A stretch of DNA of 12,442 nucleotides from Candidatus Babeliales bacterium (lineage in GTDB: Bacteria; Babelota; Babeliae; Babelales; Vermiphilaceae): assembly GCA_044451405.1 (NCBI GenBank), contig JBIOKB010000026.1, positions 1 through 12,442 of the forward strand. Direction: 5' to 3'. Below the pieces are notes generated by a model. That model ran no database searches. It was not told where the DNA came from and worked only from the letters and a program-made list of their open reading frames with translations. The translations under genes were made by a program, and so were the position numbers. Shown piece after piece: positions 1 to 7,837 of the stretch. Positions within the stretch are counted from its first letter, which is position 1. The number at the start of each line of letters is the position of its first letter.

Positions 1-1
1 A

Positions 2-742
2 AACAAAGCTTCTATCCAAAAGATGGAAGAAGCTGGTCGATTATTATCTCATATATTTCAAGATCTTGTTTCTGTGATACGCTCTGGTATAAGTACCCTT
101 GATATTGATCAGTGGATTGCTGAACAATTGCGTCGTCATGGTTTAGTATCTGCTATGAGGGGATATCGCGGATATCGGTATGTCAGTTGTATCTCAGTTA
201 ATGATGTAGTGGTTCATGGTATACCAGCAGCAAAAGTAATTCTTGCTCCAGGTGATTTAGTAAAAGTTGATGTATGTGCGTCATGGAAAGGCTATTGTGC
301 CGACATGGCGCGATCATTTTTTGTAGGATCAGGTGTGCAGCGTGCGCAAGAGCTGGTTGCTGTTGCCCAAAAGGCGTTAGATAAGGGTATAGCACAAGCA
401 AAATCGGGAAATCATCTATCGGATATTTCTTCAGCTATTCAACGTGAAGTTGAGGCGCATGGATTTGGTGTTGTGCGTGATTTTGCAGGTCATGGTATTG
501 GTAAAGATATGCATGAAGAACCTGAAATACTTAATTATGGAAAACCGGGCGTTGGTCCTGTATTGCGACCAGGTATGGCATTTGCTCTTGAGCCGATGAT
601 TACCATGGGACATTACGATGTGTATGTTGCGCATGATGGATGGACGGTGAAGACATCAGATAAAAGTTTAGCGGCACATGTAGAAGATACCATTGTAATT
701 ACCGATGGCGAGCCTAAAGTTGTGACTCGGCTTGGTCAGTAA
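2..742 (+). CDS. map: Type I methionine aminopeptidase, 5'-partial (true start probably a few codons left of the window)
   Basis: Motifs SVNDVVVHGIP, GDLVKVDV, GYCADMARSF, GHGIGKDMHEEP, LEPMI and AHVEDTI supply the D/D/H/E/E metal ligands. The frame is open from base 2 (NKASIQKMEEAG, matching the usual N-terminal K...I.KM..AG), so ATG 23 is likely internal. Canonical position upstream of infA. Confidence 0.97.
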   Translation, partial: NKASIQKMEEAGRLLSHIFQDLVSVIRSGISTLDIDQWIAEQLRRHGLVSAMRGYRGYRYVSCISVNDVVVHGIPAAKVILAPGDLVKVDVCASWKGYCADMARSFFVGSGVQRAQELVAVAQKALDKGIAQAKSGNHLSDISSAIQREVEAHGFGVVRDFAGHGIGKDMHEEPEILNYGKPGVGPVLRPGMAFALEPMITMGHYDVYVAHDGWTVKTSDKSLAAHVEDTIVITDGEPKVVTRLGQ

Positions 743-754
743 GGGAGAGACGGT

Positions 755-1000
755 ATGAAACATAAAGAAAAAAATAGTCATAAAAAAGAAGAAGTTATTA
801 AAGTTGATGGAGTGGTGAAAGAAACATTACCCAATGCTATGTTTCGGGTTGAAATAGAAGGTGGGCATGTGATTTTAGGGCATGTGTCAGGTAAAATGCG
901 TATGCATTACATTAAGATATTGCCTGGCGACAAAGTTGCCTTAGAGCTTTCTCCCTATGATTTGAGTCGAGGAAGAATTGTATTGCGCTATAAAAGTTAA
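755..1000 (+). CDS. infA: Translation initiation factor IF-1
   Basis: [44 protein letters not shown]. Preceded by TAAGGGAGAG at 740-749. Confidence 0.98.
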   Translation: MKHKEKNSHKKEEVIKVDGVVKETLPNAMFRVEIEGGHVILGHVSGKMRMHYIKILPGDKVALELSPYDLSRGRIVLRYKS

Positions 1001-1028
1001 CATCTGATGTTTTGGTAAGGATGAGCCT

Positions 1029-1145
1029 ATGAAAGTAAGAACTTCAGTCAAAAAGATTTGTGAAGAATGTCATATTATTAAGCGTGCTGGTGTTGTGCGT
1101 GTTGTATGTAAAAGAAATGTTAAGCACAAGCAGCGTCAAGGGTAA
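1029..1145 (+). CDS. rpmJ: 50S ribosomal protein L36 (bL36), zinc-ribbon (C+) type, 38 aa; not in the ORF track
   Basis: Manual translation [38 protein letters not shown], with CxxC...C...H. TAAGG at 1016-1020. Lies between infA and rpsM. Confidence 0.98.
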   Translation: MKVRTSVKKICEECHIIKRAGVVRVVCKRNVKHKQRQG

Positions 1146-1160
1146 ACATAAGGATATGCT

Positions 1161-1544
1161 ATGGTAAGAATTGATGGTGCCAATTTACCGTTGAACAAAA
1201 GAATAGAATATGGATTAACCTATGTGTTTGGCATAGGTCTTAAAACGTCTCGTGATATTTTAAACAAGCTCAAGATCAACTTTGATGTCCGAGTAAAAGA
1301 TCTAAGCAACGATGAAATTGCAGCAATTCAAAAAGAAGTTACCAACAATTATGTAACTGAAGGTGAATTGCGTAAAGAAATCATGAACAATATTCGTCGG
1401 TTGAAAGAAATCAAAAGCTATCGTGGATTACGCCATGCTAAAGGTCTTCCAGTACGCGGTCAACGTACCAAGACAAATGCGCGTACGCGTAAAGGTCCAC
1501 GTGGTGCATCTATAGCGCTTAAGAAAAAAGTTACTAAGAAATAA
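1161..1544 (+). CDS. rpsM: 30S ribosomal protein S13 (uS13)
   Basis: LTYVFGIG and [26 protein letters not shown]; synteny. Confidence 0.98.
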   Translation: MVRIDGANLPLNKRIEYGLTYVFGIGLKTSRDILNKLKINFDVRVKDLSNDEIAAIQKEVTNNYVTEGELRKEIMNNIRRLKEIKSYRGLRHAKGLPVRGQRTKTNARTRKGPRGASIALKKKVTKK

Positions 1545-1585
1545 TGACAAGCAGACATCAATACATTTAAAAGCATAAGGTCAGC

Positions 1586-1969
1586 ATGGCATATAAGAAG
1601 AAAGCTAAAAAGCAAAGAAAACAGGTAGATGTAGCCGTTGTGCACGTTAAATCTACATTTAACAATACGCTCGTTTCTGTAACGACGCCCGATGGGGATG
1701 TGTTATTACGGGGGAGCGCAGGAAAGTTAGGATTTAAAGGTGCGCGTAAGGGAACTCCTTTTGCGGCTTCTCAGATTGCAAGTACGTTAGCAAAAGATAT
1801 GGGCAACATTGGTATTAGAACTATTGAAGTTAATATGCAAGGCCCAGGATCTGGACGTGAATCTATCGTTCGCACATTGCAAGCATCAGGGTTTAACGTC
1901 TCAGTACTACGTGATGTTACTCCGTTACCACACAATGGGTGCCGTGCGCCGAAAAAACGTAGAGTATAA
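1586..1969 (+). CDS. rpsK: 30S ribosomal protein S11 (uS11)
   Basis: STFNNT, GFKGARKGTPFAA, GPGSGRES, DVTPLPHNGCRAPKKRRV. Confidence 0.98.
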   Translation: MAYKKKAKKQRKQVDVAVVHVKSTFNNTLVSVTTPDGDVLLRGSAGKLGFKGARKGTPFAASQIASTLAKDMGNIGIRTIEVNMQGPGSGRESIVRTLQASGFNVSVLRDVTPLPHNGCRAPKKRRV

Positions 1970-2026
1970 TCAATCGTTATATGCTTAATATATTGATGAT
2001 ATGCATTCAATAATTATAAGGTTGCT

Positions 2027-2623
2027 ATGGAAAAGAAATCATTAAATAGTAGCTCACCAGCTACAGGACGTGGAGAAAGACGTACGAAAGGCGAAGGCAC
2101 TGAGCAGCAAAGTGCTAAGTCTTTTAAAAAACTTTCTGAATACGGCAAACAGCTCAAAGAAAAACAAAAAGTTAAGAATATGTACGGATTGCGTGAAAAG
2201 CAATTTAAGAAATTCTTTGCTACTGCTATTAAAAGCCGGGAAGGTATGCCTGGTGAAAACTTGTTAGGTTTGCTTGAACGTCGTCTTGATAATGTGCTCT
2301 ATCGTTTGAAAATGGCAACTACGCGTACGCAAGCGCGCCAGGTGATTGTACATGGTCATGTATTGGTAAATGGGACAAAAGTATATTCGCCATCCTTTTT
2401 AGTATCCTTGAATGATGAAATTTCTTTAGCTCCAACCGTCTTACAAAAGGCGCTATTTTTAGAGCAAGTGATTGATAAGCGACTCAATATTGGTATTAAA
2501 GTTCCTGAGTGGCTAGAACTTGATAAGCAAGACCGTAAGGGACGTGTGTTGCGCTATCCTGTTCGTTCTGATATTCAAACGCCAATAGAAGAATATCTGA
2601 TTGTTGAGTTATATTCCAAATAA
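2027..2623 (+). CDS. rpsD: 30S ribosomal protein S4 (uS4) with atypical N-terminus
   Basis: SEYGKQLKEKQK, YGLREKQF, GENLLGLLERRLDNVLYRL, QARQVIVHGHVLVNG and IVELYSK. An in-frame TGA at 1997-1999 limits upstream extension. Confidence 0.97.
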   Translation: MEKKSLNSSSPATGRGERRTKGEGTEQQSAKSFKKLSEYGKQLKEKQKVKNMYGLREKQFKKFFATAIKSREGMPGENLLGLLERRLDNVLYRLKMATTRTQARQVIVHGHVLVNGTKVYSPSFLVSLNDEISLAPTVLQKALFLEQVIDKRLNIGIKVPEWLELDKQDRKGRVLRYPVRSDIQTPIEEYLIVELYSK

Positions 2624-2665
2624 CAAAGTATCCTAAACGATACGGGTAAGGTTCAGGGAGATTAC

Positions 2666-3718
2666 ATGGACAAGAAGGAGTATAAACCTTTAACAATTCC
2701 GCGGTTAAGCTGGAATAAGAAAGCTATGAGTAACACCTTTGGTGAATTAATTGCTCAACCGCTTGAACCAGGGTTTGGAATTACCTTAGGAAATGCATTA
2801 CGGCGCGTTTTGTTAGGTGGAGTTGAAGGGTCTGCAGTAACATCAGTGGTTATTAAAGGTGTTAATAACGAATTTTCGTCATTGCATGGTGTTGTTGAAG
2901 ATACTATGCAAGTAGTCCTTAACATTAAGCAAATCGTAATACGCAATAAAGAAGGTAAACCAGGAACCATGCGTTTACATGTGAAGGGTGAAGGGGTTGC
3001 TCGCGTAGGCGACATCAAGGCAGATGATCATATTGAATTGGTAAATCCAGAACATGTTATTGCGCATGTTTCTCAAGGTGGCGAACTTGATATTCAATTC
3101 TTTGTTGAAACAGGACGCGGATATCGTGTTGCACAATGGCCAATTGGTCAAGCATTACAAGAAGATGGGCGTATTCATGTTGACGCTATGTTTTCGCCAA
3201 TTACAAAAGTAATGTTTGATGTGGAAAAAACACGGGTAGGCGGTAATATCGATTACGATAAATTAACCGTGCGTATTCATACTGATGGCGCTGAAAATCC
3301 TGTTGATGTTACTCATTATGCAGTATCAGTATTACGTACCCAGTTGGAACATTTCTTATTAAGTGCTGAAATACCATTTAATGAAATTTCTAATGCACCA
3401 GAAGAAAAGAAAACACAGATTCCAGCAAGTGTTCAAGAATTCGGCTTAAAAGGAATACCAGTTGATCTCTTACTTAAGCCTATCGATGAGTTAGAGCTTT
3501 CAGTACGCGCGCACAATTGTCTTATTAATGCTGGTATTAAACGCATTATTGATTTAGTAAATCTTTCAGAAGATGAAGGGTTAAAGATCAAGAATTTTGG
3601 GCGTAAGTCACTTGGTGAAGTAAAAGAAAGTATGAAAGCATTTGGTCTTCATTTTGGTATGAACATCAAAGAAGATGATATCAAGCATCTTCTTGAACAA
3701 AAAAATGAAGACGAATAA
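2666..3718 (+). CDS. rpoA: DNA-directed RNA polymerase subunit alpha
   Basis: PLEPGFGITLGNALRRVLL, GRGY, VDAMFSPI, DYDKL; alpha-CTD IDELELSVRAHNCL...IKNFGRKSLGEVK. Confidence 0.99.
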   Translation: MDKKEYKPLTIPRLSWNKKAMSNTFGELIAQPLEPGFGITLGNALRRVLLGGVEGSAVTSVVIKGVNNEFSSLHGVVEDTMQVVLNIKQIVIRNKEGKPGTMRLHVKGEGVARVGDIKADDHIELVNPEHVIAHVSQGGELDIQFFVETGRGYRVAQWPIGQALQEDGRIHVDAMFSPITKVMFDVEKTRVGGNIDYDKLTVRIHTDGAENPVDVTHYAVSVLRTQLEHFLLSAEIPFNEISNAPEEKKTQIPASVQEFGLKGIPVDLLLKPIDELELSVRAHNCLINAGIKRIIDLVNLSEDEGLKIKNFGRKSLGEVKESMKAFGLHFGMNIKEDDIKHLLEQKNEDE

Positions 3719-3745
3719 CATAAGCTACAGGTAAAGGTTGCTATA

Positions 3746-4102
3746 ATGAGACATCAAAACGGTAGAACAAAATTAAATCTTAAGGGTTCGCATCGACGTT
3801 CTATGCTTCGTAATCAAGTGATTCACTTAATTACCCATGGCACCTTGGTTTCAACCAAAGCCACCGTCAAAGAAGTACAACGTCTTGCAGAAAAATTGGT
3901 AACCTTAGCACGTGAAGGGAACACTTTTAATGTGCGCCGTCGTGCACAGGCAATGTTGCCATATAAAGAAGATGCGCTAACTAAGCTGTTTACTGATATT
4001 GCACCTAAGTATGTGAATCGTCCTGGTGGCTATACACGCGTGATCCCGATGGGCCGTCGCGTGAGTGATACGGCAACCATTGCTAAATTGGAATGGGTGT
4101 AA
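3746..4102 (+). CDS. rplQ: 50S ribosomal protein L17 (bL17)
   Basis: MRH...SHRRSMLRN, EKLVTLAR, KLFTDIAPKYVNRPGGYTRVI; follows rpoA. Confidence 0.97.
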   Translation: MRHQNGRTKLNLKGSHRRSMLRNQVIHLITHGTLVSTKATVKEVQRLAEKLVTLAREGNTFNVRRRAQAMLPYKEDALTKLFTDIAPKYVNRPGGYTRVIPMGRRVSDTATIAKLEWV

Positions 4103-4105
4103 TAG

Positions 4106-4342
4106 ATGGTTTCCCCATCTCATGTAGACCAGATAAAATCGGTGCTACAAGATTTACGGCCAATAATTGCCCGTGATGGCGGTGATATTGAGTTTGTAGA
4201 GTATAAAGATGGGATTGTGTACGTTCGGCTTGCCGGTGCGTGTGTTGGGTGTCCTTCTTCCTACTTTACCCTAAAGATGGGTGTGGAAGAAGCGCTTAAA
4301 GCGCAGATACCGGAGATTAAAGAAGTACAGGCTGTTGAGTAA
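4106..4342 (+). CDS. Stand-alone Nfu / NifU C-terminal domain Fe-S cluster carrier, 78 aa
   Basis: LRP.IARDGGDIEFV...GIVYVRLAGACVGCPSS..TLKMGVE..LK..IPE is the Nfu-domain signature with its CxxC. Confidence 0.93.
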   Translation: MVSPSHVDQIKSVLQDLRPIIARDGGDIEFVEYKDGIVYVRLAGACVGCPSSYFTLKMGVEEALKAQIPEIKEVQAVE

Positions 4343-4364
4343 ATCGTCATCCTATTAAAAAATT

Positions 4365-4399
4365 AAAGCTTCCATTGTTTATTCAATGGAAGCTTTTTT
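4365..4399. terminator. Bidirectional intrinsic terminator
   Basis: Perfect 13-bp inverted repeat AAAGCTTCCATTG (4365-4377) / CAATGGAAGCTTT (4384-4396) with a 6-nt loop. T-run on + (4394-4399) and an A-rich left flank that reads as a T-run on -. Sits between convergent genes. Confidence 0.9.
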
Positions 4400-4411
4400 A
4401 GATGTTAACTC

Positions 4412-4957
4412 TTATTCTGAGGGCAGAAAACAGCTTTGACATGCTCCACAATCAAATGCTGGAGCAGCCATAGTTAAGGCGCCGCTTGCTGTAGGTGTTG
4501 GATTAGTTGCCACAGTATTTTTTAAAGCAGCTTGCAGTTCTAATTTTTCTTTTTGTTGGGTATCGCGTTCTCGTTCCAGTCGTTTTATTTGTGCAACTAA
4601 TTGCTCATGTTCTTTTATTTTAATTTTATGGTCAATTTGTTGTTTGTGTTTTTTTAAATTCTTTATGACGCTTAGCCATTGGTCAAAACAGCTATTAATG
4701 TCTGGGTTCCCCATTATCTCGAGTGTTTCATCTTGGCTCATTGAAGAAAATGCTTGAAGCATCATTTCAGTGTCAGGAATAATGCGGTCGAGTGCAGCTC
4801 TTAAGTATGCTTTATTACCCAAAGAATCTTTTAATGCAGCTTGTGCTCGTACGTGACTTTTAGAAAGCTTTAAGAGTTTTTCTTGAGTACTCTTTTTATC
4901 TGCCCCTTGTGCTAATGGTGCAGCAAGTAAGAGGGTGAGAATTAATATTTTTTTCAT
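4412..4957 (-). CDS. Hypothetical secreted protein, 181 aa, coiled-coil with C-terminal CxxCxxC
   Basis: Sec-type N-terminus MKKILILTLLLAAPLAQG|A; GAAAGG upstream of the ATG; K/E/Q heptad-like segment; tail FDCGACQSCFLPSE. No family recognised. Confidence 0.8.
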   Translation of the reverse strand: MKKILILTLLLAAPLAQGADKKSTQEKLLKLSKSHVRAQAALKDSLGNKAYLRAALDRIIPDTEMMLQAFSSMSQDETLEIMGNPDINSCFDQWLSVIKNLKKHKQQIDHKIKIKEHEQLVAQIKRLERERDTQQKEKLELQAALKNTVATNPTPTASGALTMAAPAFDCGACQSCFLPSE

Positions 4958-5030
4958 AGGACAGCCTTTCGTAGAGTGTTTAATGTTTTAAATCGCCTTT
5001 AGTGTAGCTATTTTTATGTAGATGTATATC

Positions 5031-7751
5031 TCACCCCTGCTCAAATACCTGTACCACACTGCCTTGCGGCCCTTTGTTAACCACAAAATGCACCGGGAAC
5101 TGATCCTTCATGGCAGGTAGGTGGGAAACAATGATAATTTTAGCAAAATCATCTTGAATTAAATGAATAGCATCCATGATGTGTGATAATCCTTCATCAT
5201 CTTGGGAACCAAAGCCTTCATCAATGATAAGCGTTTGTAGTGACGTGCCGGCTCTGCGTGCAAGTAATTTTGATATTGCAATACGGAGAGCAAAATCAAT
5301 TCTAAATGCTTCACCGCCTGAAAACATCTCATACGGTCGTACTCCCGCTGCATCAGAAATTTTTATATCCAAGGTTTCACGTGCGCCACCTTTTTTTAAA
5401 TCGCGCAATGATTCGATGAGCAGATGCGCCTGATTATGCGTAAGTTTTGCAAGTAATGTGTTAGCCTCTTGTTCAATTTCAGGAATAGCATCTTCAATTA
5501 AAAGTGCTTGAATGCCATCTTTTCCTGTGGCAGTTGCAATGGCATGATAATCATCCATGGTAGCGGTTAACTGGGTGATCTGTGTTTGATTATTAACATG
5601 CTCACGCTCATACGCTTCTATCTGTTTGTGCTGATTTTCAAGTCGCCCTTTTTCTTGGAGACACGTTTCTTTTTGTGTGCGGAGCTGTGTCTGCTCTGTC
5701 ATAAGAGCGGTATGCTGATTGGCAAGTTCCTGAGCAGTGTGAGAAATATGTGTGTATTGTGCTAATGTGGTAGTGAGGGTAGCCTGTTCTTGGGCAATTT
5801 TTTTTAACTGTACACAGAGCTCGTTGATGCGGTGTACTCGCTCTGTTTGCAAGGGAAGTTGTTCACGCAGTTGGGCGTACTGCATTAACATTGTTTCTAG
5901 TTGGTTAAATTCCTGCGTTATTTTTTGGTGCTCTCCCGCATTATATGCAATGCGTGTTAACGCTTCCTGGAGCGTGTTGAGTGATGTGCATGCTGTTTGA
6001 TATTTAGCATGGTGGTGTAATATCTGTGTTTGTTCAGATGATTTTTTTTCAAGGAGTTCAACCGCCTGTGCATGCTCAGCAAGCTTGGTGACATAATCAA
6101 GATCAAGCTGCACCAATTTATCAGTGAGTACTTGTTTTTGGGTTGCTAACGTTGTTTGTTGTATGCGTATCTGCTCAAGCTGGATGAGGGCTTTAGTACT
6201 TGTTTCTACGTCTTGTTTGCGTTTGTTAATCTCGTCATGTTGCTCAATTAGCAACGTTTTTAAGTTTTTAATAACGGTAGTTAAGCGATTAAGCTGATGT
6301 TTGATGGTATGTTCCTGCTTACCAAACATGCCCTTTAAAAATTTTTTGCGTGATGCAGAAAGATTCTGTTCACACAAAGGGCAGCTTGGATTGTCTGTAT
6401 CATGAATTGCTGCCTGTTTATGCTCAAAACTCTGTAACTCATTGGTAAGCCAATTACCCTGCGTGATAAATTTTTGATAATAGTCTTTGCGTTTTTCAAA
6501 TTGCCGCTCTACTGAAATCAGTGCTGCTTTAATGGTGTGTGCATGCGCTGCTTGTTTTTCCAATTCATTACACAATGCCGCAAGCTTTTTTTCCTGTTCA
6601 AGCAACGCCGTTTGTGTGGTAGTAAGTTCAGTACGCTGATGTTCAAGAGCTGCTATTTCAAGGCGTAATCGTTCAACCGTTACTTGTTGTATCTGCACAG
6701 TTGCTACATGCGTATCGGTTATTTGTTTTTCAATGTGTTGGATCTGTTCTTTAGTGCGCAGTATCTGTTCTTTGAGCTCAAGAGTGTTTTGTAATGCTTG
6801 CTGATGTCCTGAAATTGCTTCCATGAGTTTTACTTTACGCTCTTGGAGCTGTGCATGATCAGTATAGCGTAACGTAGTTGCATGAAACGACCGCCACTGT
6901 GTCCGTAGTGTGCGCAATGCGTTGCGTAGCTGTGTTTGCTCCTGTTCAAGATGGGCCCGTTGTTGGGTAAGTAATGCTTGTTGCTTATGATCTTCCTGCA
7001 ATTTTTTGTGCGCACATTCTAAGCGGGTTGTTGTATCTGTTAACGTATTTTCATGCTGAGCAATAGTATCTAAGGTAGTCTGTGTATGAGTAAGTTGTTG
7101 CATAATAGCTATTTTATGTGCAACTTCCCGTTCAAGATTGGTTTGTACTGCAGCAAGGGCAGTTTTAGTTGCCTGTGCAGTTTTTATTTTTTCAAGCGCA
7201 AGCTTGCGTACTGTTTCATAGCGGTTGATGCCCAAAATAGTTGCCAATATTTCTTTACGCTCTTTGGCGCTCTTTTTTGAAAATTCATTTGATTGACCCT
7301 GGCGCAAAAATGCTGAATTAACAAAAGAATCAATATCAAGATTTAACATACCTTCAATTTTTGCTTGCGTGGCACGAATGGTTTTTTCAGTTAATGGATG
7401 CAGGGTATCAGTTTGGGTATCGAGCATGCCAAATTCAAGGACGGCGTAGGGTTTACCATAGGTTTTTGCAAATTCACGGCGTACGCGGTACATCTGGTTA
7501 TTAAATTCAAAATCCAGAATAACCATCATCTGGGTTTGCCCTAATCTCAGCAAGCCTTCATCTGCTTTTGAGACATCAGATACCTTGCGCGCCTGGCCCC
7601 ATAATGCCCACGTAATAGCATCTAATAATGCTGATTTTCCATGCCCATTTTTTCCCGATAAGCAAATCAGAGGATAGTGGGAGAAATCGATTGTTTGTAT
7701 GTCTGAGCCGTAGCTCAAGAAGTTTTTTATTTGTAATGTGCGTGGGATCAT
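5031..7751 (-). CDS. sbcC: SbcC/Rad50-family SMC-like ATPase, 906 aa
   Basis: IKNFLSY start, Walker A GKNGHGKS, Q-loop FLRQGQ, long coiled coils with a central zinc hook CPLC (aa 457-460, nt 6372-6383), signature FSGGE, Walker B/D-loop LIIDEGFGSQD, H-loop IVSH. Confidence 0.93.
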   Translation of the reverse strand: MIPRTLQIKNFLSYGSDIQTIDFSHYPLICLSGKNGHGKSALLDAITWALWGQARKVSDVSKADEGLLRLGQTQMMVILDFEFNNQMYRVRREFAKTYGKPYAVLEFGMLDTQTDTLHPLTEKTIRATQAKIEGMLNLDIDSFVNSAFLRQGQSNEFSKKSAKERKEILATILGINRYETVRKLALEKIKTAQATKTALAAVQTNLEREVAHKIAIMQQLTHTQTTLDTIAQHENTLTDTTTRLECAHKKLQEDHKQQALLTQQRAHLEQEQTQLRNALRTLRTQWRSFHATTLRYTDHAQLQERKVKLMEAISGHQQALQNTLELKEQILRTKEQIQHIEKQITDTHVATVQIQQVTVERLRLEIAALEHQRTELTTTQTALLEQEKKLAALCNELEKQAAHAHTIKAALISVERQFEKRKDYYQKFITQGNWLTNELQSFEHKQAAIHDTDNPSCPLCEQNLSASRKKFLKGMFGKQEHTIKHQLNRLTTVIKNLKTLLIEQHDEINKRKQDVETSTKALIQLEQIRIQQTTLATQKQVLTDKLVQLDLDYVTKLAEHAQAVELLEKKSSEQTQILHHHAKYQTACTSLNTLQEALTRIAYNAGEHQKITQEFNQLETMLMQYAQLREQLPLQTERVHRINELCVQLKKIAQEQATLTTTLAQYTHISHTAQELANQHTALMTEQTQLRTQKETCLQEKGRLENQHKQIEAYEREHVNNQTQITQLTATMDDYHAIATATGKDGIQALLIEDAIPEIEQEANTLLAKLTHNQAHLLIESLRDLKKGGARETLDIKISDAAGVRPYEMFSGGEAFRIDFALRIAISKLLARRAGTSLQTLIIDEGFGSQDDEGLSHIMDAIHLIQDDFAKIIIVSHLPAMKDQFPVHFVVNKGPQGSVVQVFEQG

Positions 7752-7758
7752 ATGGGTA

Positions 7759-7816
7759 ACCAGCCTGGTGCGTAAGAACGCACTTTTTATTGCGTGAATA
7801 CTAGGCTAGTCTACCA
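7759..7816 (-). promoter_or_regulatory. Candidate sbcC promoter/operator region
   Basis: Minus-strand TG-G-TAGACT (extended -10, 7816-7808). Two related 11-bp palindromes, ACCAG-C-CTGGT (7759-7769) and ACTAG-G-CTAGT (7800-7810). Hairpin GTGCGT-AAGA-ACGCAC (7768-7783). No recognisable -35. Confidence 0.4.
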
Positions 7817-7837
7817 TAAAAAATCCCCAAGTCTGTA

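Noticed and set aside
1965..2012. TATAAT at the rpsK stop and a weak TATTGA/TCAATA inverted repeat before rpsD, as an internal promoter or S4 autoregulatory site
   Set aside because: No -35 or TG extension, and the stem is short and AT-rich in an AT-rich spacer, so it is indistinguishable from chance.
5001..5009. Minus-strand AG-C-TACACT as promoter for the 181-aa gene
   Set aside because: Plausible -10, but it lacks the TG extension and a -35; too weak to call.
198..7280. Short alternative-frame ORFs inside map, rpsM/K/D, rpoA and sbcC
   Set aside because: They overlap well-conserved genes, show no recognisable motifs, and have lengths expected by chance.
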